The notes under the pieces: model-generated
The model's database searches: none
Told to the model about the DNA's origin: nothing
What the model saw: only the letters and a program-made list of their open reading frames with translations
DNA from: Macrostomum hystrix
Lineage: Eukaryota; Animalia; Platyhelminthes
Assembly: GCA_950097015.1 (NCBI GenBank)
Contig: CATNEN010000005.1
Span: forward strand, 1,736,001 to 1,800,000
Direction: 5' to 3'
DNA length: 64,000 nucleotides
In this document: positions 1 through 12,200 of the stretch, piece by piece
Layout: each line of letters begins with the position of its first letter
Position numbering within the stretch: the stretch's first letter is position 1
Translations under genes and position numbers: made by a program

Positions 1-2
1 TG

Positions 3-530
3 TCGCTTCATTTACAAAGAGACAATGATCGACAAAGAATTGATAAGAAGGCAGAGAAAGCGGTTAGAACATTGGAACAAACAGCTCCAATGAATCAACA
101 TGACGAAGATCAGTTTGATTACGAGGTCCAGAAGCGGCCGGTGCGGGATCAGTACCGTATTGCTCATCGTTTGGCACAGTCGGCTAACCAGAACGCCCAG
201 TTTGCTGCCTGGCTCAAAGAAGGTCGCGATCCTGATGAATTTTTCAGCTGCCGAATGAGCGCCAGCGGCTACTTTTCCTACTTCCCGAGGTTGCCTCGGT
301 ACGATCGCGGCCTCCAGCCGTTCGCCGAATTTTCTTCCGAGCGACATACACAGACGCCACGACACCATGGCAACGGCAATAAAAGAACAGCCGCAACGCC
401 GACTTTCCTAGCCTACGGTGGTAAAAATCCGGACATCTACCTGCCGCCACCGATTCTGGTGAGAGTTCCTCGGCCGAAGGTGAAGCAAACGGAGGCGGTG
501 GAATTGGAGCAGTTGGAAACTACTCGCTAA
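3..530 (+). CDS. 3' end of an unidentified protein-coding gene, open at the window's 5' edge
   Basis: The frame of ORF 72..530 is stop-free back to base 3 (SLHLQRDNDRQ...LEQLETTR*). It is GC-richer than the AT-rich DNA that follows. No recognisable domain. Confidence 0.55.
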   Translation, partial: SLHLQRDNDRQRIDKKAEKAVRTLEQTAPMNQHDEDQFDYEVQKRPVRDQYRIAHRLAQSANQNAQFAAWLKEGRDPDEFFSCRMSASGYFSYFPRLPRYDRGLQPFAEFSSERHTQTPRHHGNGNKRTAATPTFLAYGGKNPDIYLPPPILVRVPRPKVKQTEAVELEQLETTR

Positions 531-2799
531 TGAGCACAATATCTTTGAGCAGGCTTTGGCAGACTATCTGATTTTATTTAGACCGGTTGAATTCACAATC
601 CACTCGTTTTTTCTTGCATGAGATTGCTATCCTGAACTTCAAAATTTGAACTTCAGAGATATAGCTAAATGAAAGTAGTGAAATAAGGACATTTTCACAT
701 TCGCAATTCATGAAATAGCAAATATCAATTAATTTACGAGTATTTACACAGCGAGCAGCTCAATTATATGCTGGAAGCAGCGGCATGATGTAGGCTAGCT
801 AGGTGATACTCAAAAGATGGTGTCAACTTAAGGCTCCAATAATGAAGCACCAAATGAATTAAATAAGTAGCTTTTCGATCCAGTCGACTATAGAAACGCC
901 GTGACAGCTCACCCCAGTTCTTCCCAATGATAACACTGGTGATAATGGGATAAAATGGCGATTTCGTTCTCACTTAATTGGCTCTGGTATTAATGGAAAC
1001 TAATGTCAGGTATAAGTTAGCTGTTCGACCACTGGGGTGAGATCTTTCGGCGTTTCTGTTGTCGACTCAGGATCGACTAGCTACTAATTTTAGTCTGTTT
1101 GACTTGTCGATTGACCTCGGGTTTTTGAGGTTTCCGCGTCTGCTGAACGGCGTCTGCCGAAGCACAAATTTTCTATTACACATTGCTATAATTTACAGCT
1201 ACAGACTGTGATATGCCCATACTTATTATTGTATTATTCTCTGAAAAACTACAGGAACGAAACCTAATTAGTTTATAACTTAAGAACACTGTTTATGATA
1301 AGTCTTCGTTATATAATAGTTCTCTTTTGTTTAAATGTGTGATTGCCTAAACAACACGATTTAATTTGTCAGGTAGTCGCAATATTTTTACAATTTTTTT
1401 CGTGTTTGTTGTGTAATATATTACCGGTCAAACCCAGTATAGATTTATATAATTGGTCATTAGACCTATTAATCACTAAAAGCCACTAAAAGAAGAGCAG
1501 ATCAAGGCTTTAAAGACTTTTAAGACATCATTTCGAAACACTATTTCGATTCTGAAGGATAGACAGTATTTCCTTTTTGTTTCTTACCTTGTCTGTTTAG
1601 TATTGATAATTCTAAATAGATATTAAGGTACTGCTAGTAAGATATATATGTATATTTACAACTATTGATATGCATCATATAGATAGTGATAGTAATGTGT
1701 CACTGTAAGTTTAGTAAGTTGAAGTTCATTAAGTTCATTACATTAAGATAAGATTATGTATTTTGATATAATTGTAATAGGCCTAATAGTGAGGTAAATT
1801 AGACATATTATTGGTGATCACCAATAAAGAAGTGGATCATTTTAACATTTTTGAAACTCATGTCCTTACTTTTTGGTCAGAACTTGTTGTGGTAAATTGT
1901 TTGCCCCAGCAAGTTAGCAAGCTTAAAAAAATCAAGTGGATTGTAGTCACTTTGTAAATAGTCATAAACTTTTTCATCAAAAGACATTTTGCAGTTTCAA
2001 ATATTTTGGTGAACAATTAATTTAATACATGATTCTCAGACTGTATTATCTAAGTCATTTTTATCAGAAAATAGGTAGATTTTAGACCTTGTGGTCACAT
2101 TATCATTTTTTAATAAATATGTCATATTTAATTTAGTTAGTTTGCAATCCAATATGACAATAAGTCATCTTGCATAATATGTTTCAATATGGGCCTAGCT
2201 ATGTACTAGCTTATAGCAAAAAACTATAGACCTTTTTGCTATATTGGCAAAGTAGATTCATTGCTTGTTTATTATGTTTGGTATGTTTGGTAGTATATTT
2301 AGTATTAGTATGTTTGGTAGATTTTATATAATATTCTTAAATATTTTATAACCTATAATTTTTAACTACATTCATATATTAGCATTACAGGTAGTAGTTG
2401 GGCTTTTTACCTTTATTCTGAAAACTTTAAATTTGTTGCCAATTAAAATGGCTAGGTAAGTCATAAGGTTGCAAATATATATGTAGATTTGATGCTTATA
2501 TAAGTCAGTATAATGTCTATATTGAGTGCATAATGTATTATCTGTTATATGATATGAGATGCGAAATAATATTTATCCTAGAAAGCATATAATTTATAAC
2601 ATATTATGGATAAACTATTAACACTAGCTAGACATAATCTATGAAAAATTCCAAATAAGATTCTACAAGAAAATAAATTATAAGCAAACAATATTTTCAT
2701 AATTAGTTTTGTGGACTTGATGTAATGCGTGTGTTCTACATATGTAATGACTTTTGGTGTGGCATGTAATAAACTGGTATGTATTTGAGCTATAGCATG

Positions 2800-3130
2800 C
2801 AATCAGCTGTAGTATGTAATGAACTGTTGTATGTAATGAACTGTTGTATGTAATGAGCTGTTGTATGTAATGAACTGTTGTATGCAATGAGCTGTTGTAT
2901 GTAATGAACTGTTGTATGCAATGAGCTGTTGTATGTAATGAACTGTTGTATGTAATGAACTGTTGTATGTAATGAACTGTTGTATGTAATGAGCTGTTGT
3001 ATGTAATGAGCTGTTGTATGCAATCAGCTGTAGTATGTAATGAACTGTTGTATGTAATGAGCTGTTGTATGCAATCAGCTGTAGTATGTAATGAACTGTT
3101 GTATGTAATGAGCTGTAGTATGTAATGAGG
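2800..3130. repeat. 17-bp minisatellite (ctgttgtatgtaatgaa)
   Basis: Tandem copies read directly, upstream of the first coding exon of the ankyrin gene. Confidence 0.9.
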
Positions 3131-3226
3131 AGCTGTGATAATCAAAACCCAACAGTTGTGATTAAAGGCAGAATGCTATGCTAAATGTCCATATTATTCA
3201 TAAAAAATTGATTACATTTTCCAGGC

Positions 3227-6200
3227 ATGGCCCTTCCTCGACACTATGTTGTCCACAGATTTGTTAAGATCACACTGAAGGACCTGAGCAAGGAGTCTAG
3301 CCAGTGTGATCCCGCCTTTGGCTATGTGCTCAATAATAATAGTAAAATGCTGCGAGACCAATTAGCCGGTCTACTGAATAAGCAGCAGTATTTGTATGTC
3401 AGGGACAAGGCTGGTTGGACACTGTTGCACTATGCTGTACTATGCGGTCATCAGGATATTGCTAGCTTATTGTGCCAGTGCGGCTTTGATCCAAATATCA
3501 AATGCGATGTTAGCGCCTTCGGCGTGACTGGCTGGCGGGCTGCCCACATCGCTGCCGAACGAGGAGACGCTGATATGCTCAAATTATTAATCTCTTTTGG
3601 TGCCAATTGTGAATTGACTGCGGAAATTTCTGGCGGAGTTGAAGAACAACAGCAACAGCAGCAGCAACAACAACAGGATCAACAAGGGGTGAGTGAAGGT
3701 CCCCGAGCTCGATTCCGCGGCGAGGTCACATTTGGGGCTTGTTATGTTATCTACGGCCTTATGGGGCAACCTCTATGAGAGTGTGACGATAAGAAAGTCA
3801 GGGCGGATGTACACACCTGTGTGAGGGTGTGCCTGCGTACAGTGTCTGTGTGCGTGTGTGCTCAGGAATTAGCGAAATGGTCAGAAGTGCTAACTGCAGG
3901 TCTAATGTCGCTAAACGATGTTTCTATCGCCCACAGCCATCCTGCAATTATTTTTTCCATTTTTTAATAGGATCAGCAGCAACAGACTGCAGCAGCATCC
4001 AATCCAGCCAATACAGATTTGTCCGGCCTATCGGAACGATGGAACGCTGTACACATGGCTGTAGTCAGCGAGTCTGTTGATTCAGTCCGAGCCTGTCTAG
4101 AGCTTGGCGGCGCCTATGTGGACACGCGCACACTCAGGCGACAGACGCCGTTAATGCTAGCCTGCCGTTCCGGCTGTCTGGCTATTGTGCAACTGTTGTT
4201 AACAGCCGGAGCCAGTTTGAAAGCTAGGGATAGTCAGGTTTGTTTTACTTATTCGCGTGTTTTAATTGATTATGTAATGTTGCTACGAATTTGTTTATCA
4301 GAGAACCAATGCAACCTATACCAGACAACTAATGACCCCCTTTACCAGACAACTAATGACCCCCTTTAGCAGACAACTAATGACCCCCTTTAGCAGACAA
4401 CTAATGACCCCTTTACCAGACAACTAATGACCCCCTTTACCAGACAACTAATGACCCCCTTTAGCAGACAACTAATGACCCCCTTTACCAGACAACTAAT
4501 GACCCCCTTTACCAGACAACTAATGACCCCATTTACCAGACAACTAATGACCCCTTTACCAGACAACTAATGACCCCTTTACCAGACAACTAATGACCCC
4601 ATTTACCAGACAACTAATGACCCCCTTTAGCAGACAACTAATGACCCCCTTTACCAGACAACTAATGACCCCTTTACCAGACAACTAATGACCCCATTTA
4701 CCAGACAACTAATGACCCCCTTTAGCAGACAACTAATGACCCCATTTACCAGACAACTAATGACCCCCTTCACTAGGCAACTAATTACCCCTTTTACTAG
4801 ACTACTATTGACCCCCTTTACCACACAACTAATGACCCCCTTACTAGGCAACTAATGACCCATTTTACTAGACTACTAATGACCCCCTTTACCAGACAAC
4901 TAATGACCCCTTTACCAGACAACTAATGACCCCCTTTACCAGACAACTAATGACCCCTTTACCAGACAACTAATGACCCCATTTACCAGACAACTAATGA
5001 CCCCTTTACCAGACAACTAATGACCCCCTTACTAGGCAACTAATGACCCCCTTTACTAGACTACGAGTACTAATGATCCCCTTTACTGGACAACTAATGA
5101 CCCCCTTTACTAGACTACGAGTACTAATGACCCTCTTTACCAGACAACTAATGACCCCTTTATCAGACAACTAATGACCCTCTTTACCAGACAACTAATG
5201 ACCCTCTTTACCAGACAACTAATGACCCCTTTATCAGACAACTAATGACCCTCTTTACCAGACAACTAATGACCCCTTTATCAGACAACTAATGACCCTC
5301 TTTACTAAACAACTAATGACCCCTTTATCAGACAACTAATGACCCTCTTTACCAGACAACTAATGACCCTCTTTACCAGACAACTAATGACCCCTTTAAC
5401 AGAAAACTAAGGACCCCTTCACTATACTATACTATAAATAGACGAATCGGATGGAGGCGTTCCCCCCATTGTTACGCTCTATTAGCTAATCGTCTGAATT
5501 GTCTCCGTGCAGGGTAACACGCCGCTTCACTACGCGGCCCAGTCGCCTTGTCTGGATACGCTGCGACACGTTCTAGAAGCCGGCGCTCAGGCTGACGCTT
5601 GGAATCTAGCTGGCCAGCTGCCTGTGCACAATGCTGCCAGCAGTCGGTGCTCCGGCGTAGAGAATGTCGAACTACTGCTAGACGCATATCCAGCTAGTCT
5701 AGAATCTGCTGCCTCAATGCCAGATTTAAACATTAGCGGCGGTGCCACTCCGCTAATAGCCGCGGTTGTATCGCCCGGAGCTTGCTCGGTCACTGAGAAG
5801 TTATTGGCCATGCTAAAACGTGGCGCCAATATTAATAGACTATTTGATTACGGCTCACTAACCGGCGTGAATGTCCTGCGCTTTCTAGTTGATACTCGCA
5901 GTATTAATACCGACCTAATTAGTTATCTGCTTAGCAACGGTATCGACGTTAATTCGGTTGCTAGCGATGGCGTCTCGCCGTTACTGTGCGCTGCCCAGAA
6001 AGGTTCGGTTGTCATGGTAACTAAACTGTGCAAATTCAAACCGGATCCGAATGTGGCCGATAGAGACGGTTACACGGCGCTAATGTACGCCGTCAAATGT
6101 CGCAATCCTAGCCTGGTCAGAACACTACTGGAGCTAAAGCCTAATTTGGAGATTGCAATCAATTTCTTTGACGCGAGGCGTAAGTTAGAGATGAGTGTGT

Positions 6201-9200
6201 TTACTATGGGTGTCAGCTGATGTGCTGAAGAATCGGAGGGTTTTTGGTGTGGGGGTGTCAGCTGATGTGTTGAAGAATCGGAGGGTTTTTGGTGTGGGGG
6301 TGTCAGCTGATGTGCTGAAGAATCTGAGGGTTTTTGGTGTGGGGGTGTCAGCTGATGTGTTGAAGAATCGGAGGGTTTTTGGTGTGGGGGTGTCAGCTGA
6401 TGTGCTGAAGAATCGGAGGGTTTTTGGTGTGGGGGTGTCAGCTGATGTGTTGAAGAATCTGAGGGTTTTTGGTGTGGGGGTGTCAGCTGATGTGCTGAAG
6501 AATCGGAGGGTTTTGGTGTGCGGGTGTCAGCTGATGTGCTGAAGAATCGGAGGATTTTTGGTGTGGGGGTGTCAGCTGATGTGCTGAAGAATCGGAGGAT
6601 TTTTGGTGTGCGGGTGTCAGCTGATGTGCTGAAGAATCGGAGGGTTTTTGGTGTGGGGGTGTCAGCTGATGTGCTGAAGAATCGGAGGGTTTTTGGTGTG
6701 CGGGTGTCAGCTGATGTGCTGAAGAATCGGAGGATTTTTGGTGTGGGGGTGTCAGCTGATGTGTTGAAGAATCTGATGGTTTTGTTGTGCGGGTGTCAGC
6801 TGATGTGCTGAAGAATCGGAGGGTTTTTTGGTGTGGGGTGTCAGCTGAGGTGCTGAAGAATCGGAGGGTTTTTGGTGTGGGGGTGTCAGCTGATGTGCTG
6901 AAGAATCTGAGGGTTTTTGGTGTGGGGGTGTCAGCTGATGTGCTGAAGAATCGGAGGGTTTTTGGTGTGGGGGTGTCAGCTGATGTGTTGAAGAATCGGA
7001 TGGTTTTGTTGTGCGGGTGTCAGCTGATGTGCTGAAGAATCTGAGGGTTTTGTTGTGGGGGTGTCAGCTGATGTGCTGAAGAATCGGAGGTTTTTTAATG
7101 TGGGGTGTCAGCTGATGTGCTGAAGAATCGGAGGGTTTTTAATGTGGGGTGTCAGCTGATGTGTTGAAGAATCTGAGGTTTTTGGTGTGCGGGTGTCAGC
7201 TGATGTGTTGAAGAATCGGATGGTTTTTGGTGTGGGGGTGTCAGCTGATGTGTTGAAGAATCGGAGGGTTTTTGGTGTGGGGGTGTCAGCTGATGTGTTG
7301 AAGAATCGGAGGGTTTTTGGTGTGGGGGTGTCAGCTGATGTGTTGAAGAATCGGAGGGTTTTTGGTGTGCGGGTGTCAGCTGATGTGTTGAAGAATCGGA
7401 GGGTTTTTGGTGTGGGGGTGTCAGCTGATGTGTTGAAGAATCGGATGGTTTTGTTGTGCGGGTGTCAGCTGATGTGCTGAAGAATCTGAGGTTTTTGTTG
7501 TGGGGGTGTCAGCTGATGTGCTGAAGAATCGGAGGGTTTTTGGTGTGGGGGTGTCAGCTGATGTGCTGAAGAATCGGAGGGTTTTTGGTGTGGGGGTGTC
7601 AGCTGATGTGTTGAAGAATCGGAGGGTTTTGTTGTGGGGGTGTCAGCTGATGTGCTGAAGAATCGGAGGGTTTTTAATGTGGGGTGTCAGCTGATGTGCT
7701 GAAGAATCTGAGGTTTTTGGTGTGGGGTGTCAGTTGATGTGCTGAAGAATCTGAGGGTTTTTGGTGTGGGGTGTCAGCTGATGTGCTGAAGAATCGGAGG
7801 GTTTTTTGGTGTGGGGGTGTCAGTTGATGTGCTGAAGAATCTGAGGGTTTTTGGTGTGGGGTGTCAGCTGAGGTGCTGAAGAATCGAAGGGGTTTTTTGT
7901 GGGTGTGATTTCTGAGGTGCTGAATGCCTTGAAATACGACGGATAGAAAGGTGTGATTAATCAATAAAGCTTAGCATTGGTATTCCATTCCTTTTCAGGC
8001 AACAAGTACGCCAACTGCACTCCGCTACAAATGGCCATCGGCAAGGGTCAAGTGGAGATTGTCAAGATGCTGATGGATGCCGGAGCTAATTTGTTTGCTA
8101 ACATGGACAGCATGGGTGAGTGGCTTTCGACCTGTGTTTTTATCACGGTTACAATATGGAAGTAACGCGTTACTAAACAGTTTAAAAACGGTTACACCCT
8201 GGAGTTGACGATTCTGAATTCAGCTCACTTTGTGAGTAACAATTCTTAGACAGAGTTACACTCAGAAAGTAACGATTTAAAACACAGTTACTCTCTGAAA
8301 GTAACGAATAAAAACAGCTACACTTTGAAATTAACGATTAAAAACAGCTTAACGTTTTAAGTCAAACTACAATTCCACAGCTGCAGACTTTAACTAACGA
8401 TTTAAAACACTGTTACACTCTGAAAGTAACGACTCTGAAAAATGTCGTACATTGGTTATCGCTGGATAAACTTGCAGGACCAGACCAGACAGAGTTTAGC
8501 GTCTCCTGTCTGCACACAGCTGTGGTGATGGATCATGCCGGCATAGGCCAACTGTTACTAGATCGCGGCATTGATGTCAATGTTTGCACCTCGTCAGGTT
8601 TGACACCTTTGCACTACGCCGCCAGCTGGGGTCACGACGTATTTGCTAGACTCTTAATTAGCCGCGGAGCCACTGTTGACGCTGTCGGCGAACAATTTAT
8701 GGCCACGCCTTTGATCTATGCCGCCAGGCGAGATAAGCACACAACTATGAAACTGCTGTTGGAACACGGCGCTAATCCTAATCATCAGGATAAGCAGGTG
8801 AGACGAAATTTTATTAGTTATTTTTATTATTTTTCTGACAGAAACAAGTTTGAGTCTTATTGATTATTATTATTAAAAAAATAAAAAACGTTTTCTAATA
8901 ATGACTTTTATTGCTAAACTTAATTAATAACCAAATTACTGTCACTAAAATTGAACACGTACATCACTACTAGCTGCTAAACTACTACTCACTCGTTTAT
9001 TACTACTAGCTCATGTGTACGACTAGATTATCTGATACTACTAGCTCGCCTATACTACTAGCTCGCCTATACTACTAGCTCGCCTATACTACTAGCTCGC
9101 CTATACTACTAGCTCGCTTATACTACTAGCTCGCATATACTACTAGCTCGCATATACTACTAGCTCACATATACTACTAGCTCTTTGACTTACTTGACTT

Positions 9201-12200
9201 AGCGGCAGGGAGCCTCCATGACGGACGCAGCGAGGAGGCGGCTGATGCCGCCCATATCGCTAACCCCTGGCATACTACTAGCTCACATATACTACTAGCT
9301 AGCATATACTACTAGCTCGCATATACTACTAGCTCGCATATACTACTAGCTCGCATATACTACTAGCTCGCATATACTACTAGCTCGCATATACTACTAG
9401 CTCGCATATACTACTAGCTCGCATATACTACTAGCTCGCATATACTACTAGCTCGCATATACTACTATCTCGCCTATACTACTTGCATGTGTATACTACT
9501 AGCTCGCCTATACTACTTGCATGTGTATACTACTAGCTCGCATAAATAACTTAGTCTAACAATAATATTTTAGGCAGACAAAATTTCTTTTTTATTTGTT
9601 ATGCATATGCATGTCAATTAATGAACAAAAAATGCTCATTGCTCAGGGCTACACCGCGTTACACTGGTGTCTTACCTTCAATCACGTGGACTCGTTGGAG
9701 ACTCTACTAAATTGTGGCCGCAGGCTAGACGTGAATCTAGTAAGCCAGAAGGTGGATCACAGACGCGGTGTGACGGCCCTAGTGCTTGGCCTTGAGTACT
9801 GCTCAGCTAAAGTGGTTGAACGCCTCCTAGACTTGGGCTCGGATCCCAATGTTGTCTTTGACGCCAACGAGATGACCCTGACGCCAATCTTTCTATGCGC
9901 AGAATTTGGCTGCGTTGATAAGCTTCAGCTGCTGATTAAATTTGGCGCCGACTTAAATAGGTTTGTGTGCACCTTTTCTGACTTTATAAAAGCTTTTAAA
10001 TAATATAAAATATTTTAATTGTTGATGAAATCAAATACAATTATCAATGAAGACTTATGAATATGTACTCCAGTGCCTAAATGAGTGAAACTATGCACTA
10101 GAGTGACCAAATAAGTGAAACTATGCACTAGAGTGACTACAAGAGTGAAACTATGCACTAGAGTGACCAAATGAGTGAAACTATGCACTAGAGTGACCAA
10201 ATGAGTGAAACTATGCACTAGAGTGACCAAATGAGTGAAACTATGCACTAGAGTGACCAAATGAGTGAAACTATGCACTAGAGTGACTACAAGAGTGAAA
10301 CTATGCACTAGAGTGACCAAATGAGTGAAACTATGCACTAGAGTGACCAAATGAGTGAAACTATGCACTAGAGTGACCAAATGAGTGAAACTATGCACTA
10401 GAGTGACCAAATGAGTGAAACTATGCACTAGAGTGACCAAATGAGTGAAACTATGCACTAGAGTGACCAAATGAGTGAAACTATGCACTAGAGTGACCAA
10501 ATGAGTGAAACTATGCACTAGAGTGACTACAAGAGTGAAACTATGCACTAGAGTGACCAAATGAGTGAGACTATGCACTAGAGTGACTACAAGAGTGAAA
10601 CTATGCACTAGAGTGACCAAATGAGTGAGACTATGCACTAGAGTGACCAAATGAGTGAAACTATGCACTAGAATGACCAAATGAGTGAAACTATGCACTA
10701 GAGTGACTACAAGAGTGAAACTATGCACTAGAGTGACCAAATGAGTGAAACTATGCACTAGAGTGACCAAATGAGTGAAACTATGCACTAGAGTGACCAA
10801 ATGAGTGAAACTATGCACTAGAGTGACCAAATGAGTGAAACTATGCACTAGAGTGACCAAATGAGTGAAACTATGCACTAGAGTGACCAAATGAGTGAAA
10901 CTATGCACTAGAGTGACTACAAGAGTGAAACTATGCACTAGAGTGACCAAATGAGTGAAACTATGCACTAGAGTGACTACAAGAGTGAAACTATGCACTA
11001 GAGTGACCAAATGAGTGAGACTATGCACTAGAGTGACTACAAGAGTGAAACTATGCACTAGAGTGACCAAATGAGTGAGACTATGCACTAGAGTGACCAA
11101 ATGAGTGAAACTATGCACTAGAATGACCAAATGAGTGAAACTATGCACTAGAGTGACTACAAGAGTGAAACTATGCACTAGAGTGACCAAATGAGTGAAA
11201 CTATGCACTAGAGTGACTACAAGAGTGAAACTATGCACTAGAGTGACCAAATGAGTGAAACTATGCACTAGAGTGACCAAATGAGTGAAACTATGCACTA
11301 GAATGACCAAATGAGTGAGATTATGTACTAGAGTGACCAAATGAGTGAGATTATGTACTAGAGTGACCAAATGAGTGAGATTATGTACTAGAGTGACCAA
11401 ATGAGTGAGATTATGTATTAGAGTGACTAAAAGAGTGAAAATATGCACTAGAGTGATACAGGAGTGACACTATTCTATTGTGGGAGTAAATGAGGGAATT
11501 ATTTCACTGTACAGAATAGATCTAGCACCATCTAATCCCTCCAACATTCCCAGAACCTCCTCTCGCAAGGAGACTCCGTTGCATTTCGCGTTGCGCTTCA
11601 AGAAGGTGGCGGCGGCGGAACGCCTGATCCGGGCCGGAGCGGACCTGGAGACCAGAGCCAGCATTGGCAATGGCGAGCATCAGCAAGGCGTCCACGTTGC
11701 CGCCCAGCTCGGGCTGAATAGTTGCATTCGCCTCCTGGCCGAGTACGGAGCCAATGTCAACTCGACCATGACTCTAAAGTGTGTAGAACGAGTCACACCG
11801 TTGCATTTGGCGGCGCTGAACGATCTAGCTGAGACTGTGAAGATTCTTGTCAGCTTGGGCGCCGACGTGAATTGTCAGAGGAGCGACACTTTCACGCCTC
11901 TATTGACAGCCGTCACTAAGTCTAATGTGTGCGCGGTCAAGTGTCTGGTTAGGGCTGGAGCCGATATTCACACCAGATGCATTGTGTCCAGAAGCAAGGA
12001 TGCCACCTGTTTGCATATTGCAGCTCAGGTCAGTTTGCATGAGGATTCTAGGATTTTGGATTTCTGTTTCGTGGATTGGGATTCCATTTTGAAGGGCCGG
12101 GATTCCTGTTCAAGAAATTAGGATTTTTAGATATATTGATTTCGTCTTCAGAAATTGGAATTGCTTTATTTGGGATTAGGATTCGACTTCAGGGATTGGG

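Noticed and set aside
6195-7964. Repetitive ORFs (VSADVLKNRRVFGVG)
   Set aside because: Product of a 45-bp intronic minisatellite; frequently frameshifted and inside a well-supported intron.
10015-11448. 477-aa His/Leu/Val repeat ORF on the minus strand
   Set aside because: 30-bp array antisense within an ankyrin intron; no synonymous-type variation, no credible start context.
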